IMG/VR virus record: IMGVR_UViG_3300048672_001051 | Location: 165,657 to 229,656 of that record | Length of the DNA: 64,000 bases | Direction: 5' to 3' (one strand) | In this document: one piece after another, positions 27,685-37,498 of the stretch | Position numbering within the stretch: position 1 is the first letter of the stretch | Layout of the letters: every line of letters begins with the position of its first letter | Translations under genes and position numbers: made by a program | Notes under the pieces: model-generated | The model's database searches: none | The model's input: only the letters and a program-made list of their open reading frames with translations | What the model was told of the DNA's origin: nothing

Positions 27685-28197
27685 TTACACAGACTGGAAT
27701 TTTTTAATAAGGTATTCTTTTATGATAACAATACCTTTTAAAATCCAATCATACTGAGGTAACTCAGTCACACGACCAGCATAAACATAATAATGTTTAA
27801 ATGGTAGTGTAGAATCCGCCAGCATTCTAGCAAATTCAGGATAGGCTAATATTTTCGCTTGGATACACCGAAGAATATCTAAGCGAAATTGGTTTAAATC
27901 AACATGAGAATCATGAAGATTATAATTTTTTTGCATAGCTTGTCCAAACTTTTTAGCTTGAAAGCCATTAAGTTTGAAGATCGAGTCAAGTTGCAAAATA
28001 TCAGCACCTTGTACTAAATCTTTAAGCTTCATGTAATACCAATACTGTTCAACATTTAACAACTTAAAAGTTGTACCATGTCTGTCAGTATAGTCGAAAG
28101 GTGTGTGAGACATATTGGTTAAAAATCTACCCAAATCTGTAGCACCTTTGGTGTAAACATTTATATGTGTTACACCATCTTCAACCGGATTAGTCAT
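27685..28197 (-). CDS. NADAR-like phage protein
   Basis: DGVTHINVYTKGATDLGRFLTN...VEQYW...AKKFG...STLPFKHYY. Confidence 0.55.
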   Translation of the reverse strand: MTNPVEDGVTHINVYTKGATDLGRFLTNMSHTPFDYTDRHGTTFKLLNVEQYWYYMKLKDLVQGADILQLDSIFKLNGFQAKKFGQAMQKNYNLHDSHVDLNQFRLDILRCIQAKILAYPEFARMLADSTLPFKHYYVYAGRVTELPQYDWILKGIVIIKEYLIKKFQSV

Positions 28198-28204
28198 AAA
28201 TCAC

Positions 28205-28612
28205 CTATAAGTTTTTCCAATACTCAACGTTAGTGAACAAAGGATTTGATGAACGAATCTGTGTATCAATTTCACAAAAAACTTGATACATAGCTAATTT
28301 CAAAGATGAACGATCTACTTGAGAAGTAAATTTCAAGTCACCACATGAAATTTCAACAGTAACAGCAACTCGGCCATTATAATAATTCTTTGTATCAACT
28401 TTACGTGAACCTTTAAAATGTTCCCGTAAGAAGATATCCAAAGATAAACTTGTATTACAAGCAACTAAAAAATGCTTGCGTGTAGGTAAAGCTGAAACTT
28501 TAGACATAATAGTCTCCTTGAGTGATTGAACAAACATACATATGAGATTTATAAAATAAAATCCCATAAGTCTGTTTATTACAAAATAAATATATGTATA
28601 TATTTCAAGCAC
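28205..28612 (-). CDS. Hypothetical protein
   Basis: Probable start MSKVSA after AAGGAG. Confidence 0.6.
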   Translation of the reverse strand: MLEIYTYIYFVINRLMGFYFINLICMFVQSLKETIMSKVSALPTRKHFLVACNTSLSLDIFLREHFKGSRKVDTKNYYNGRVAVTVEISCGDLKFTSQVDRSSLKLAMYQVFCEIDTQIRSSNPLFTNVEYWKNL

Positions 28613-28634
28613 TTAGCTTTAAAACCAAATACCT
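28605..28634. repeat. 26-bp direct repeat copy 1, overlapping an IHF-like site
   Basis: GCACTTAGCTTTAAAACCAAATACCT identical at 28609 and 29185. Confidence 0.7.
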
Positions 28635-28648
28635 AATCTATATACATA

Positions 28649-29038
28649 TTAGAGTTCATTAGCCATAAGAACTAATAAACGTCTAAAATGAACAGAACCT
28701 TTATTTAAATAAGTTAATAATATAGTATAAGATTCATTAAGTAAACGTAATACAAGATCATCTCCAATATTATAAATATTAGATACAATAGTCATATTAC
28801 TATAGTCACGAGACAACATAATAATGAATGGTTTCTTATCAGAAGTCTGATATAACAAATATGTATATTTATCAGTGTTGAATGTATACAAACCAAACGG
28901 TAATTGATAAATATCTGCATCAGTAAAAATACGATTCAGATTTAAATTCCATTCAGTTTTGTACAAAATTTTGGCAGCCAAACTCACATTATGAAGAAAT
29001 GCAATTCTAGCTACAGCAGGCACCATTAAAGTAGCCAT
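28649..29038 (-). CDS. Hypothetical protein
   Basis: AGGAG SD; downstream of a promoter-like motif. Confidence 0.65.
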   Translation of the reverse strand: MATLMVPAVARIAFLHNVSLAAKILYKTEWNLNLNRIFTDADIYQLPFGLYTFNTDKYTYLLYQTSDKKPFIIMLSRDYSNMTIVSNIYNIGDDLVLRLLNESYTILLTYLNKGSVHFRRLLVLMANEL

Positions 29039-29078
29039 AATATAAACACTCCTAAAACATGGTATAGATTACATGAAA

Positions 29079-29092
29079 GACCATTTTGCTTT
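29079..29092 (-). promoter_or_regulatory. Phage promoter-like motif
   Basis: AAAGCAAAATGGTC. Confidence 0.65.
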
Positions 29093-29180
29093 ATAGGTAT
29101 TTACTATATAGAGAATAGATACCAATAAAACACAATAAACTATATCAGAATAACTCTGATATATAAAAAGCATAAACAAA

Positions 29181-29210
29181 TCAGGCACTTAGCTTTAAAA
29201 CCAAATACCT
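29181..29210. repeat. 26-bp direct repeat copy 2, overlapping an IHF-like site
   Basis: AATCAGGCACTTA fits WATCARnnnnTTR. Confidence 0.7.
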
Positions 29211-29223
29211 GATACAAGTTATA

Positions 29224-29529
29224 TCAACGTTTAACAGCTTCTGACATAACAACAGGATTAGAACGCATAGCAAGTACAGTCTGATCATTAGGTATAAAAA
29301 CATACCCAATAAGATTAATAACAAATGATACACAAGCAATCTTGAATGATAACAATAACTTATCAAGAGTACCATTAGCTTCAGCTTCAATCATTTCTTT
29401 AGAATCAAGAAACATATAGAAGAGAAACATAAGTATCATAGCAATAACAGTAAGAGTCAGTAAGACAGCAAACATCCAACTCAATGATTCAAACACATCA
29501 ATCATATAAGCAGTAAACAATAGGTCCAT
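29224..29529 (-). CDS. Membrane protein
   Basis: Two hydrophobic segments. Confidence 0.65.
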   Translation of the reverse strand: MDLLFTAYMIDVFESLSWMFAVLLTLTVIAMILMFLFYMFLDSKEMIEAEANGTLDKLLLSFKIACVSFVINLIGYVFIPNDQTVLAMRSNPVVMSEAVKR

Positions 29530-29634
29530 AACAAAATACCCCTATGGTAATAACAACAAAGGAAAGGCTCTAATAACAAAACTGTTAACAGAGCCATACT
29601 GATAATCAATAACAATACATTAAGAAACAATACT

Positions 29635-30198
29635 TTAAATACTAAACTCAGTGTTGATAAGCTTTACAGCTTGCTCAAGCATTGGTTGAATATTCAAGAC
29701 AGTTTCAACAGCGAGATTATTATCAAAAGATACTCTCACAACGCCATAGCCGTCTTTGCATAATTTAAATATTAAATAAGTACCATACTTATTAGCAGTA
29801 TGATACGAAACACTATTAGGCATTTTGTTACCAGAAGAAAATGTCATATAAAAATTTAATATATGACCATAGTCATTAAGTTCAAAAAGTGCAAAAGCAT
29901 CATCGGTACTGTAACGAATAGCTTTACCAGCTAGCTTAAAATTATCGCCACAAGAGATAGCTCTATTTTTAAGCCAATCGTAATTGCCACGGCAAATAGC
30001 CATAAAGGTATCATAATCTTTTGCTTTATAAGCAGTTTCAGCTGGCAAGTAATTACATGCACAAGCTTCAGACATCTTTGCTCGTTTCAAAATACGTTTA
30101 CAGACTTTGTCTAATTCCAAATCAGACTTAGGATCAATAGAATCATCAGTATTCATAGCAATAACTCCTTGTTCAATAGTGAGTAGGTTATAGTTCAA
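29635..30198 (-). CDS. Hypothetical protein
   Basis: Probable start MNTDD after AAGGAG. Confidence 0.65.
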   Translation of the reverse strand: MNYNLLTIEQGVIAMNTDDSIDPKSDLELDKVCKRILKRAKMSEACACNYLPAETAYKAKDYDTFMAICRGNYDWLKNRAISCGDNFKLAGKAIRYSTDDAFALFELNDYGHILNFYMTFSSGNKMPNSVSYHTANKYGTYLIFKLCKDGYGVVRVSFDNNLAVETVLNIQPMLEQAVKLINTEFSI

Positions 30199-30472
30199 TA
30201 GTATCTTTCAAAGTGTAGACAAATTCTACAACTTTGAACGTAAGACTTGTATCTGAGAATTCTTCATCAGACCAATATTGACCAGCATTGAGGTCTTTAC
30301 AAATCTCATCGAGATATTCTTTAGAACTTGCCAAGCAGCTCGATGTGATACGTTCTGTTGGCTTTGGTATGCTATACCGATCAATAGATACAGCAATAGA
30401 GCCATCAGTAGATACGATGGCGTAGAGTGGTAGGGTTTGCATGTTACAGTACCTTCTGTTGTAAATACACAT
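30188..30472 (-). CDS. Hypothetical protein
   Basis: ORF in operon. Confidence 0.6.
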   Translation of the reverse strand: MCIYNRRYCNMQTLPLYAIVSTDGSIAVSIDRYSIPKPTERITSSCLASSKEYLDEICKDLNAGQYWSDEEFSDTSLTFKVVEFVYTLKDTIEL

Positions 30473-30502
30473 ATAGGAACCATATAGATTCCTATAAGTT
30501 TA

Positions 30503-31237
30503 TCAACGATGAGTGATTTTTGAATCTTTCAAAGCCTTCTGAATTTCAGGCTTAACGATCATTTGTCGTAACCAATCTTCAACTGGTATCCAACCATCAG
30601 ATGTTTGGCGTACAGTTTGACTGTATGGTTCTACATAGCTTAACAAATAAACCATGAGTAATTGATAGAATTCTAAATCGAATTCATCACCAATATATTC
30701 ATATTGGTAAGCTTTATCACTGTGAGCTATTAATAGCTCACCAATGCTCTCGGGAAGCTTTAGACTTACTGAGAATTCATTGCAAGCAAGAATCTCCAGA
30801 TGAGTCTTATTGCGTAGTGCCAGAAGTTTTTCTGGCAACTCTTCGCCGTTGTCGAGAGAGTCTACTGAGTTAGTTATAGAACTCTTTTTTGAGTGAGTTA
30901 TAGAACTCTTTGAGTGAGTTAAAGAACTCTTTGAGTGAGTTACTTTCTTACTAAACTTCCATTTAAGATAATCCATTGGCCGAGGACAAGACATTTTCCT
31001 ATCCAAGGCTAGATCTGTGATACTGTATTCTTCAACTGTGCTAATAGTTTCAAACTTATTAGCCAGTTTTATAGCATCTTCGAGTTGATGGTATGCAGTA
31101 CTAGACTGCACACCATTAGTCAGAAGATACTTAACTAGGTATCTTTCTACCATAGTCATTTTGCTCCAAGAACAGTTTAAGATCATTAAGCACTTTTTTC
31201 CTATCAGGAAGTCCCAAATTAAATATTGGAATATCAT
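30503..31237 (-). CDS. Hypothetical protein with internal THSKSS repeats
   Basis: About 21-nt tandem repeat at ~30866-30943; probable start MTMVER. Confidence 0.65.
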   Translation of the reverse strand: MIFQYLIWDFLIGKKCLMILNCSWSKMTMVERYLVKYLLTNGVQSSTAYHQLEDAIKLANKFETISTVEEYSITDLALDRKMSCPRPMDYLKWKFSKKVTHSKSSLTHSKSSITHSKKSSITNSVDSLDNGEELPEKLLALRNKTHLEILACNEFSVSLKLPESIGELLIAHSDKAYQYEYIGDEFDLEFYQLLMVYLLSYVEPYSQTVRQTSDGWIPVEDWLRQMIVKPEIQKALKDSKITHR

Positions 31238-31736
31238 GAGCTTGCGCTAGCAATAGTGCAGTTTTAGTGCCACCTTGAATGTTACCATTAGGTGTCCATG
31301 TGCATACAGCATCGACAGGATTATCTAGGTTATAACCTAGAATCTGATGACAGTTGCGAGAATGCATACCGCGAGCATATTCATTGCAACGGCTCCAGTG
31401 ACGTTCGCCTAGCAGTTGTTCAGTTAATGCTTCAGTCTCTTTAATTAAATTAGGATTACGAATAATCGCTAAATGTTTATTTGGTAGTGGACTGTAGTCA
31501 ATTTCTTTTTGATCTGCTACATATACTTCAAAATGATCAGTTGTTACTAAACCTTCTGATAAAGCTTTGCTGTACATTTTTTGAGCAATGCCATCCATTC
31601 CGTCTTTACAAAGACCGCTAACGAATGTAATACCTAGTTCTGCTAAACGATAGCAGAGCTTCTGACATATTAGAATGTCTTTATGATACTGAGATTGTCT
31701 CTCAAGGTCTCTTGAACCTATCAATGCTATTCGCAT
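31131..31736 (-). CDS. SLOG/DprA-like nucleotide-binding protein
   Basis: RIALIGSR, VSGLCKDGMD, RNCHQILG, GGTKTA, IPIFNL. Confidence 0.75.
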   Translation of the reverse strand: MRIALIGSRDLERQSQYHKDILICQKLCYRLAELGITFVSGLCKDGMDGIAQKMYSKALSEGLVTTDHFEVYVADQKEIDYSPLPNKHLAIIRNPNLIKETEALTEQLLGERHWSRCNEYARGMHSRNCHQILGYNLDNPVDAVCTWTPNGNIQGGTKTALLLAQAHDIPIFNLGLPDRKKVLNDLKLFLEQNDYGRKIPS

Positions 31737-31769
31737 AATAACCTGCTCCTAAAGGGTTATATGAAGCCC

Positions 31770-32177
31770 TTAGTGGGCTTCTTTGAGGTGATTGAATACC
31801 TTCTTGTTGTACTCATGAAAATCAGAGTACTTAGAAAGTAATACATACTTTATATGACGCCATGAGACCATAGTCTCAGCTTCATAGTTGTATGGTTCTA
31901 CAGGCCACATGTCTGCGATATGAGGTCCATAGATAAAGCAATGACAAGGTACACCATTTTCATCAAATGTGATAACACTTTCATGTTCAACATCTGATAA
32001 GTCTACGCCAGTTTCTTCGAGGACTTCTCGTACTAATGCAGTACGAAGATTAGTATCGTCTTCGTCGACTTTGCCGCCGATAAGTCCGAATGAGTTGTTG
32101 GAATGCTTACGAGTGATCGTAAGAACTTCTCCAGCTTCATTCTGAACCCACAGTACTACGCATTCAGGTTTGGACAT
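31770..32177 (-). CDS. Nudix hydrolase
   Basis: GGKVD...ALVREVLEETG Nudix box. Confidence 0.9.
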   Translation of the reverse strand: MSKPECVVLWVQNEAGEVLTITRKHSNNSFGLIGGKVDEDDTNLRTALVREVLEETGVDLSDVEHESVITFDENGVPCHCFIYGPHIADMWPVEPYNYEAETMVSWRHIKYVLLSKYSDFHEYNKKVFNHLKEAH

Positions 32178-32240
32178 GTTATGTCTCCCTATTGTTTAAG
32201 TATTCAAGAGATGCTCACGCATCTCTTGAAACAAGTCAGC

Positions 32241-33254
32241 TTAATCTTCAGAAGGTTCTTCTACAACCTTAGGAAGTTTATCGAACAAGCGTTTAGGAAT
32301 CTTGCTCAATACGCCGTTGATCATTTCTGGAATTTGCATTGTCTGTAGTATTTCACCATACGCTACTGTTAACATAGCGTTACTTACAACTTTAGCGCGA
32401 GGGTCGTCGCTCACTACCGTTACGATTGCACTAGCGCTTGTAGCGATAGCTAGATCAGCAAATGGTGTACTTAACAGTACTTTAGCCATTGGCGGTACGT
32501 AAGGCTTTAGCTGTTCTTTGATCAGCTCAATTGCCATGCGACCAATTTCTAGTTTAGAGGCAAGAATCATTGCTTGAGCATGTTCTTGCGCTTGGTCGGT
32601 GATTACTTCTTTACCAGCTTCGGTTAAAGATTTTTTAGGAGCGGCCATGGTTGTTTCCTCTGTATCAGTGGTTGGTTGTGTTACGGTTGATATACTACTT
32701 GGAATCCAGCTGAAGAACTCTTCAGCCCATTCAGAAGCAGTTTCGTGGTCGTATACGCTGGGTTGAAAACTGTCATCTTGGTGCACCAAAGTTTCAATAC
32801 CGGCATAAGGTTCTTGCCAAGGTTTTAAATCTCCGGCAAATGATGCAAATAGCATATAAAAGAACTGGTCTCTTTTAGCTAAATAATTGATATCAAATAC
32901 ACCTCCACCTAGTTTTGAAGTAACTTCAAGTAAGTCCAAAAATTGCTTTTGCAAATGTTGCTCGACAATATTGTCTGCAGGGCAAGTAAGCCACAGCATA
33001 CCTTTGTATCGTCTCACATTTTGCCACTTACTTAAGAACAGTCTAGATGTTTCCGATGGGTTGGCATTTTCTCTTAAAAATGCTAACACATTTTCAACAT
33101 CTTTAAATGACTGTTTGTTTTTGGTCCAGTCGATAGTTGAAGTAGTAATATTTATCACTATTTCAATAAGTCTTTCGACTGCTTCTCCAAAATCGTTATC
33201 ATTCTCATATTGGCTTTGGTACATAGCCTCACTGAGAAATTCACTAATATCCAT
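32241..33254 (-). CDS. Hypothetical protein (possible internal start at 32648)
   Basis: 337-aa ORF; internal GAGG-ATG. Confidence 0.7.
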   Translation of the reverse strand: MDISEFLSEAMYQSQYENDNDFGEAVERLIEIVINITTSTIDWTKNKQSFKDVENVLAFLRENANPSETSRLFLSKWQNVRRYKGMLWLTCPADNIVEQHLQKQFLDLLEVTSKLGGGVFDINYLAKRDQFFYMLFASFAGDLKPWQEPYAGIETLVHQDDSFQPSVYDHETASEWAEEFFSWIPSSISTVTQPTTDTEETTMAAPKKSLTEAGKEVITDQAQEHAQAMILASKLEIGRMAIELIKEQLKPYVPPMAKVLLSTPFADLAIATSASAIVTVVSDDPRAKVVSNAMLTVAYGEILQTMQIPEMINGVLSKIPKRLFDKLPKVVEEPSED

Positions 33255-33266
33255 AAGGTTTAACCC

Positions 33267-33713
33267 TCATAAAGGTTTTAGATGGTATACATGCACATTG
33301 TCAGGCAATGGTACAAGCATAGGCATAATTTCAGCTACCGTTCTCTTACCATTGTTGATGGCAGGGAAGGGCAATCCGAATATCTTGTTAGGATATTTCC
33401 TAGCAAGTTTGTTAAGGATATCGCATGATTTTTGAACAACCTCCAGAGGTGATGGATCAGCGTAGTGAATCTTAGTTTGGAAGGCAATATACTTACCAAC
33501 TGCAACTAAGTTATATACACCCATACGCTTACCTTTATTAGTGATTAGTTCACCAAACAGTTTAGCAATGTTGGGTATTTTTTTCTGAGCTTGGTCAGCG
33601 TTACCTGCACCCATAACCAATTCTCCGTTTTTCTTAACAACAGAGTTGGTAGTGATACAAATATAGTCTAGCTGCTCGTGATCAAGCCAGATGTTTCGTT
33701 GTTTCAATAGCAT
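33267..33713 (-). CDS. Macro domain (ADP-ribose binding/hydrolase)-like protein
   Basis: CITTNS...LVMGAGNA...FQTK...LPFPAINNG. Confidence 0.7.
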   Translation of the reverse strand: MLLKQRNIWLDHEQLDYICITTNSVVKKNGELVMGAGNADQAQKKIPNIAKLFGELITNKGKRMGVYNLVAVGKYIAFQTKIHYADPSPLEVVQKSCDILNKLARKYPNKIFGLPFPAINNGKRTVAEIMPMLVPLPDNVHVYHLKPL

Positions 33714-33729
33714 ACAATATCTCCTGTTT

Positions 33730-34390
33730 AGGTTGCATTAGACTGAGTATTACTCTATAATGAATTTATCAGTAGGGCATACACACCTGTATGTATACCA
33801 AACTTATTGATAGAAACCCTTCTTGATTAGGGTAGTCTAAATAAAAGGTCAAGCTAGGTGAGGAACGTGCTCACCACCTAATAGTGCTGGCAATGTCGAG
33901 ACTGACAACCAGCGACGTGATTCACTCTATGAGTGTCATGGGCTTATCAACCACTTGCTGAAGAATATCCATACCAACCGTATTCAGCATCTTATAAGAG
34001 ATATAAGAACTACCTATTGTAGAGGTACAATAGGTTTTAGTGTCAATCAGGCTAATTAAGTGATTGAGGATATACTGTACTAAGGACAAGTCAGTTCCCA
34101 TAAGGGAGAGTTAAAACTCTATAATAAAGTAATTAACCACTACTTATATAAGCATTGTTGGGCTTACCGTGCTTGTAATATATCGTTATGGTAAGATATA
34201 TAACAAGGTAGTTATTATAACATCTATTAATATAATAACTATATAGACTATCTGTATTAACATAACTATTGATTAGTTTGTTAAGCTACAGGTATCTATC
34301 ACGGATATAGAGTCTTTAGTCACGTCTGGACTTTATGTTGGCATACATATAGAGACCATTTAGATCTCTATAAGTCTAACAACTAGCTGT
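33730..34390. ncRNA. Candidate large structured non-coding RNA
   Basis: About 660 bp with no ORF of 60 aa or more and more than 10 consecutive hairpins. Confidence 0.4.
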
Positions 34391-34391
34391 A

Positions 34392-34811
34392 TTAAATTAC
34401 AGACAATGCGTCTTGAATAATAGCTAAGACTTTTTTAACTGCAGTCTGACCATTATTCAATATTTCAATCCAACCGTCACCTAGGTCAACAATAGCTGGA
34501 ACCATATCGAATGAAATATTATAGCGAATGGTTGTAGCTACCAATACTTTTGGCGTATCTTCGTTTGGAGTGTAGCGTTCGCTAATAACGAATCCCGTGC
34601 GCTCAGAGTCTTTGAAGAGCACGAGGGTACGATTGTTCACCTCGCCTGTGTTAAGGCCGTAGAGGCCCGCTGGAAGCTCTTTAATGGCATCATCTGCAAG
34701 CATTGCATCGTAGTAGCCACCACGGCGATTCCAATCAGGATTGAAGGTCAGTTGTGGCAATGTTTTTGCCCAAGCTTTGAAGTCTTCGTAACGTTGATTT
34801 TGCATGATCAA
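34392..34811 (-). CDS. Hypothetical protein
   Basis: ORF with AAGG SD. Confidence 0.65.
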   Translation of the reverse strand: MIMQNQRYEDFKAWAKTLPQLTFNPDWNRRGGYYDAMLADDAIKELPAGLYGLNTGEVNNRTLVLFKDSERTGFVISERYTPNEDTPKVLVATTIRYNISFDMVPAIVDLGDGWIEILNNGQTAVKKVLAIIQDALSVI

Positions 34812-34834
34812 TACCTTTCAGAAAGAGGTTGATG

Positions 34835-35398
34835 TTAAACTTTGAATTCACGAAACGTAATGCTAAGACGATCTTTAACATTAAGTTTGTAACCTATACT
34901 GTGCATGTATACACTTTGACAGCCGCCTGCCATTATGAATACATCACCATGTTTCAATTCTACACTGTCAGTTATAGGTGGTGGATAAATACCGCCTTTA
35001 ACAATCTCGTGGAAGTTGAATATACAACTTTCGCCTAACGATACAGATACAACTGCACTGCCTTTAACGAGAGTCGATTCTGAGTCTGAATGTGCGTTGA
35101 TACCGCTACGCTTACCAGCAGGATACCAATTCAATAAAGCACTATTGAAATTAGTACCAAGCATGGCATTTATTCGCTTCATAAGTAATTCAAGTGGCGG
35201 ATAAACAGACCAAGGGTAAGCTTTAGTTACTTGGCCAGAATACGGATAATCTACGCCAAGACTGCAGATACGACGTTCAGAGTTTTTAAAAGGAACCCAA
35301 GGGATCTTTTTAATAATCTGTTCGAGATGTCTGTCAGAATTTTGTATCACTACATCTGTTAAAAATCTTGAATCAGGAGATTTTTTTAACATGGTCAT
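34835..35398 (-). CDS. AlkB-family 2OG-Fe(II) oxygenase
   Basis: FNSALLNWY, HSD, VSVSLG, LKHGDVFIM, HSI, RLSITFR. Confidence 0.9.
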   Translation of the reverse strand: MTMLKKSPDSRFLTDVVIQNSDRHLEQIIKKIPWVPFKNSERRICSLGVDYPYSGQVTKAYPWSVYPPLELLMKRINAMLGTNFNSALLNWYPAGKRSGINAHSDSESTLVKGSAVVSVSLGESCIFNFHEIVKGGIYPPPITDSVELKHGDVFIMAGGCQSVYMHSIGYKLNVKDRLSITFREFKV

Positions 35399-35601
35399 AC
35401 CTCGCGGATTTTCATTAGAAGAGTATTGCCAAGACTCCGACGAGTCATTTGCTTACCTTGGTAGTACACATAATAACTTGTACATGCAGGATAAGCTTCT
35501 AGCAAATTGATTAAATTAGTTAGGCTTCCACCATCACTTAATTTAATCAAACTTGTTTTTGATCCGAGTTGATAGTCAACACGGTAGTGGTCTTTAGTCA
35601 T
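35395..35601 (-). CDS. Hypothetical protein
   Basis: ATGA overlap with AlkB gene. Confidence 0.55.
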   Translation of the reverse strand: MTKDHYRVDYQLGSKTSLIKLSDGGSLTNLINLLEAYPACTSYYVYYQGKQMTRRSLGNTLLMKIREV

Positions 35602-35612
35602 GAGGTTTATAC

Positions 35613-35927
35613 CTAATATGCTAAGAAGTTTTGTTGCCGGAAATTTGAGGAGTCTTGAAGTACTTCTAGAGAACTTCTAAGCCCATTGATAAGATGATAT
35701 GAAATACGCCACAGTTCCATTTGCTGTCTGTCTACAGGGCAAGACATCATTTCCAGTGTATTTAAAGCTACTGGAAATGCCTTAACTGTATTCGATTGTG
35801 CAATATATGTATTGCTAATACTACAAAATCGAATTTCAATGGCGCCTACCTTTAAGTAAGCGCCACTGTATTTATCAAGCGTAGCTACTTTTTGAGCCAT
35901 TAGGATTCTGCCTGAGACCAAGGCCAA
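35613..35927 (-). CDS. Hypothetical protein
   Basis: ORF in operon. Confidence 0.55.
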   Translation of the reverse strand: MALVSGRILMAQKVATLDKYSGAYLKVGAIEIRFCSISNTYIAQSNTVKAFPVALNTLEMMSCPVDRQQMELWRISYHLINGLRSSLEVLQDSSNFRQQNFLAY

Positions 35928-35975
35928 TAGAATAAGGCAATTATCACTAGGATAATTGCCTCACGATGCAAGAGG

Positions 35976-36992
35976 TTAAGTAGCCATTCGAGGATCATGG
36001 TTAAATTCTCCTGCACGAATTTCACGATTGGCCTTCCAAGCTAGCCACGGAGATTTGATGACTTGCCATAGACCAAGGCCTGTACCGACTCCTAGGATGC
36101 TGATAGCACTTGCTGCTGCAATCAAGATTGTTTTAATGCCAGCCCATACAGCATCAAGCCAAGCTAATGCTGTATCGCGCCAGCGACTGAACATACGCTT
36201 TACTTTACCTTCAGCGACAACTTCACCATCTTCGTTGTAGAAATAGACAAGGCCTGTCTTTTCGTCAACGCTTACGCTAGTGTCGTCAGTTAGATTTAGG
36301 TGATGTTCGCCTGCAGGTGGCTCATTGGCTGCGTCTGGATCGACATAATCATCTTCAGGTGGTACTACTGCGTCTTTGATTGTATCAGCAACATCAGCAG
36401 CTTTATCCGCCAGAGTTTCAGCAGAGTCTTGTACGATGCCAGCAGCGGCATCAATCGAGTCGATAGCAGCAGTTTCCAACTTATAAGTGTTAGTTGGTTC
36501 AACTGCTTTTTTCGCAGCTGGAGGCTTTTTAACTGCTTTAGCAGCCTTAGCTTCTGCAACCAACTTTTCAGATTCTTCCAGTGACACAGGTCCGGCGGGT
36601 GTCGTAGGTAGTACTTCTTTGTAATCAAACTCGCTAGTAATAAACTTAGCGACTTCGATAATACTTAGAGGTGTCTCTGAATTGATATTTTCTTTGAGTA
36701 GCTTTTCACGAGCTTTGTCAAAGAATGGTTTCAGCATAGCCTGCTTAGATTTTAACGCGACAATTCGCCCAATATGGCCGTTGACCAGATTGATATACAG
36801 CTTGGGCATATTTTGTTGGTCACACTCAATCAAATGAGCAGCAGCCAGTTTGATAGTGAGCTCAACAACGGCTTGGGTACGTTCTTGATTGCTATTCGCA
36901 GCTGCCGGCGTAAGCGTTTGCAGGACTTTGATGTTTTTGTTGATCTCATCAACAACAACCAGAACATTGTTTGAATCGGTTTTGTTAGTCAT
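35976..36992 (-). CDS. Hypothetical protein, low-complexity linker and C-terminal membrane anchor
   Basis: Ala/Lys/Asp-rich middle; hydrophobic C-terminal segment; GGAG SD. Confidence 0.75.
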   Translation of the reverse strand: MTNKTDSNNVLVVVDEINKNIKVLQTLTPAAANSNQERTQAVVELTIKLAAAHLIECDQQNMPKLYINLVNGHIGRIVALKSKQAMLKPFFDKAREKLLKENINSETPLSIIEVAKFITSEFDYKEVLPTTPAGPVSLEESEKLVAEAKAAKAVKKPPAAKKAVEPTNTYKLETAAIDSIDAAAGIVQDSAETLADKAADVADTIKDAVVPPEDDYVDPDAANEPPAGEHHLNLTDDTSVSVDEKTGLVYFYNEDGEVVAEGKVKRMFSRWRDTALAWLDAVWAGIKTILIAAASAISILGVGTGLGLWQVIKSPWLAWKANREIRAGEFNHDPRMAT

Positions 36993-37040
36993 AACGTATT
37001 ACTCCAAGAATATCGGAATGGATTGGTAAAACAGCCAGTG

Positions 37041-37430
37041 TTAGTACTGGCCAAATTCGGTAAGGATTGCTTCAAGTTCAAATACACCTTCAACTCGTTT
37101 GGTGTATTGACCTTTAACATGATTTACTTGCACATGTTTTTTGCTAAGAACTGCTACAACTACAATGTTCAAATACTCATCACGAGTGTGATGTTGTAAT
37201 GAAATTGTATAACCGCATACCTTACGTACGCCTGTCATGCCATCAGCACGATTGCGATCGTTACAGTTGTTCCACAGATACTCTGCGAGCTTGATCTTCA
37301 GATGATTTTGAAGAATGCTTCGAGCACTTTTGGTCTTGTTTTCAGCAACATCATGACCGAAGTTTTCATTCATGAATGTTTGAATAAGACCAGTGCAATT
37401 GCGAGTCTTACGGTTGATAGTTTTTTGCAT
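37041..37430 (-). CDS. Hypothetical protein
   Basis: GAGG SD; downstream of a promoter-like motif. Confidence 0.65.
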   Translation of the reverse strand: MQKTINRKTRNCTGLIQTFMNENFGHDVAENKTKSARSILQNHLKIKLAEYLWNNCNDRNRADGMTGVRKVCGYTISLQHHTRDEYLNIVVVAVLSKKHVQVNHVKGQYTKRVEGVFELEAILTEFGQY

Positions 37431-37483
37431 GATTGTTTCCTCAATGGTTGTACAACAATGTTAGTATTTCGATCTTCATTACC

Positions 37484-37498
37484 GACCATTTTGCTTTT
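37484..37498 (-). promoter_or_regulatory. Phage promoter-like motif
   Basis: AAAAGCAAAATGGTCGGTAATGAAGAT. Confidence 0.7.

Noticed and set aside
30866-30943. Regulatory or iteron repeat
   Set aside because: In-frame coding repeat (THSKSS) inside a gene; most simply a linker expansion.
34235-34335. Group I intron core (minus-strand GACUA...UAGUC, P7-like)
   Set aside because: Too little upstream room for P1-P6, atypical bulge, and the flanking genes are not interrupted.
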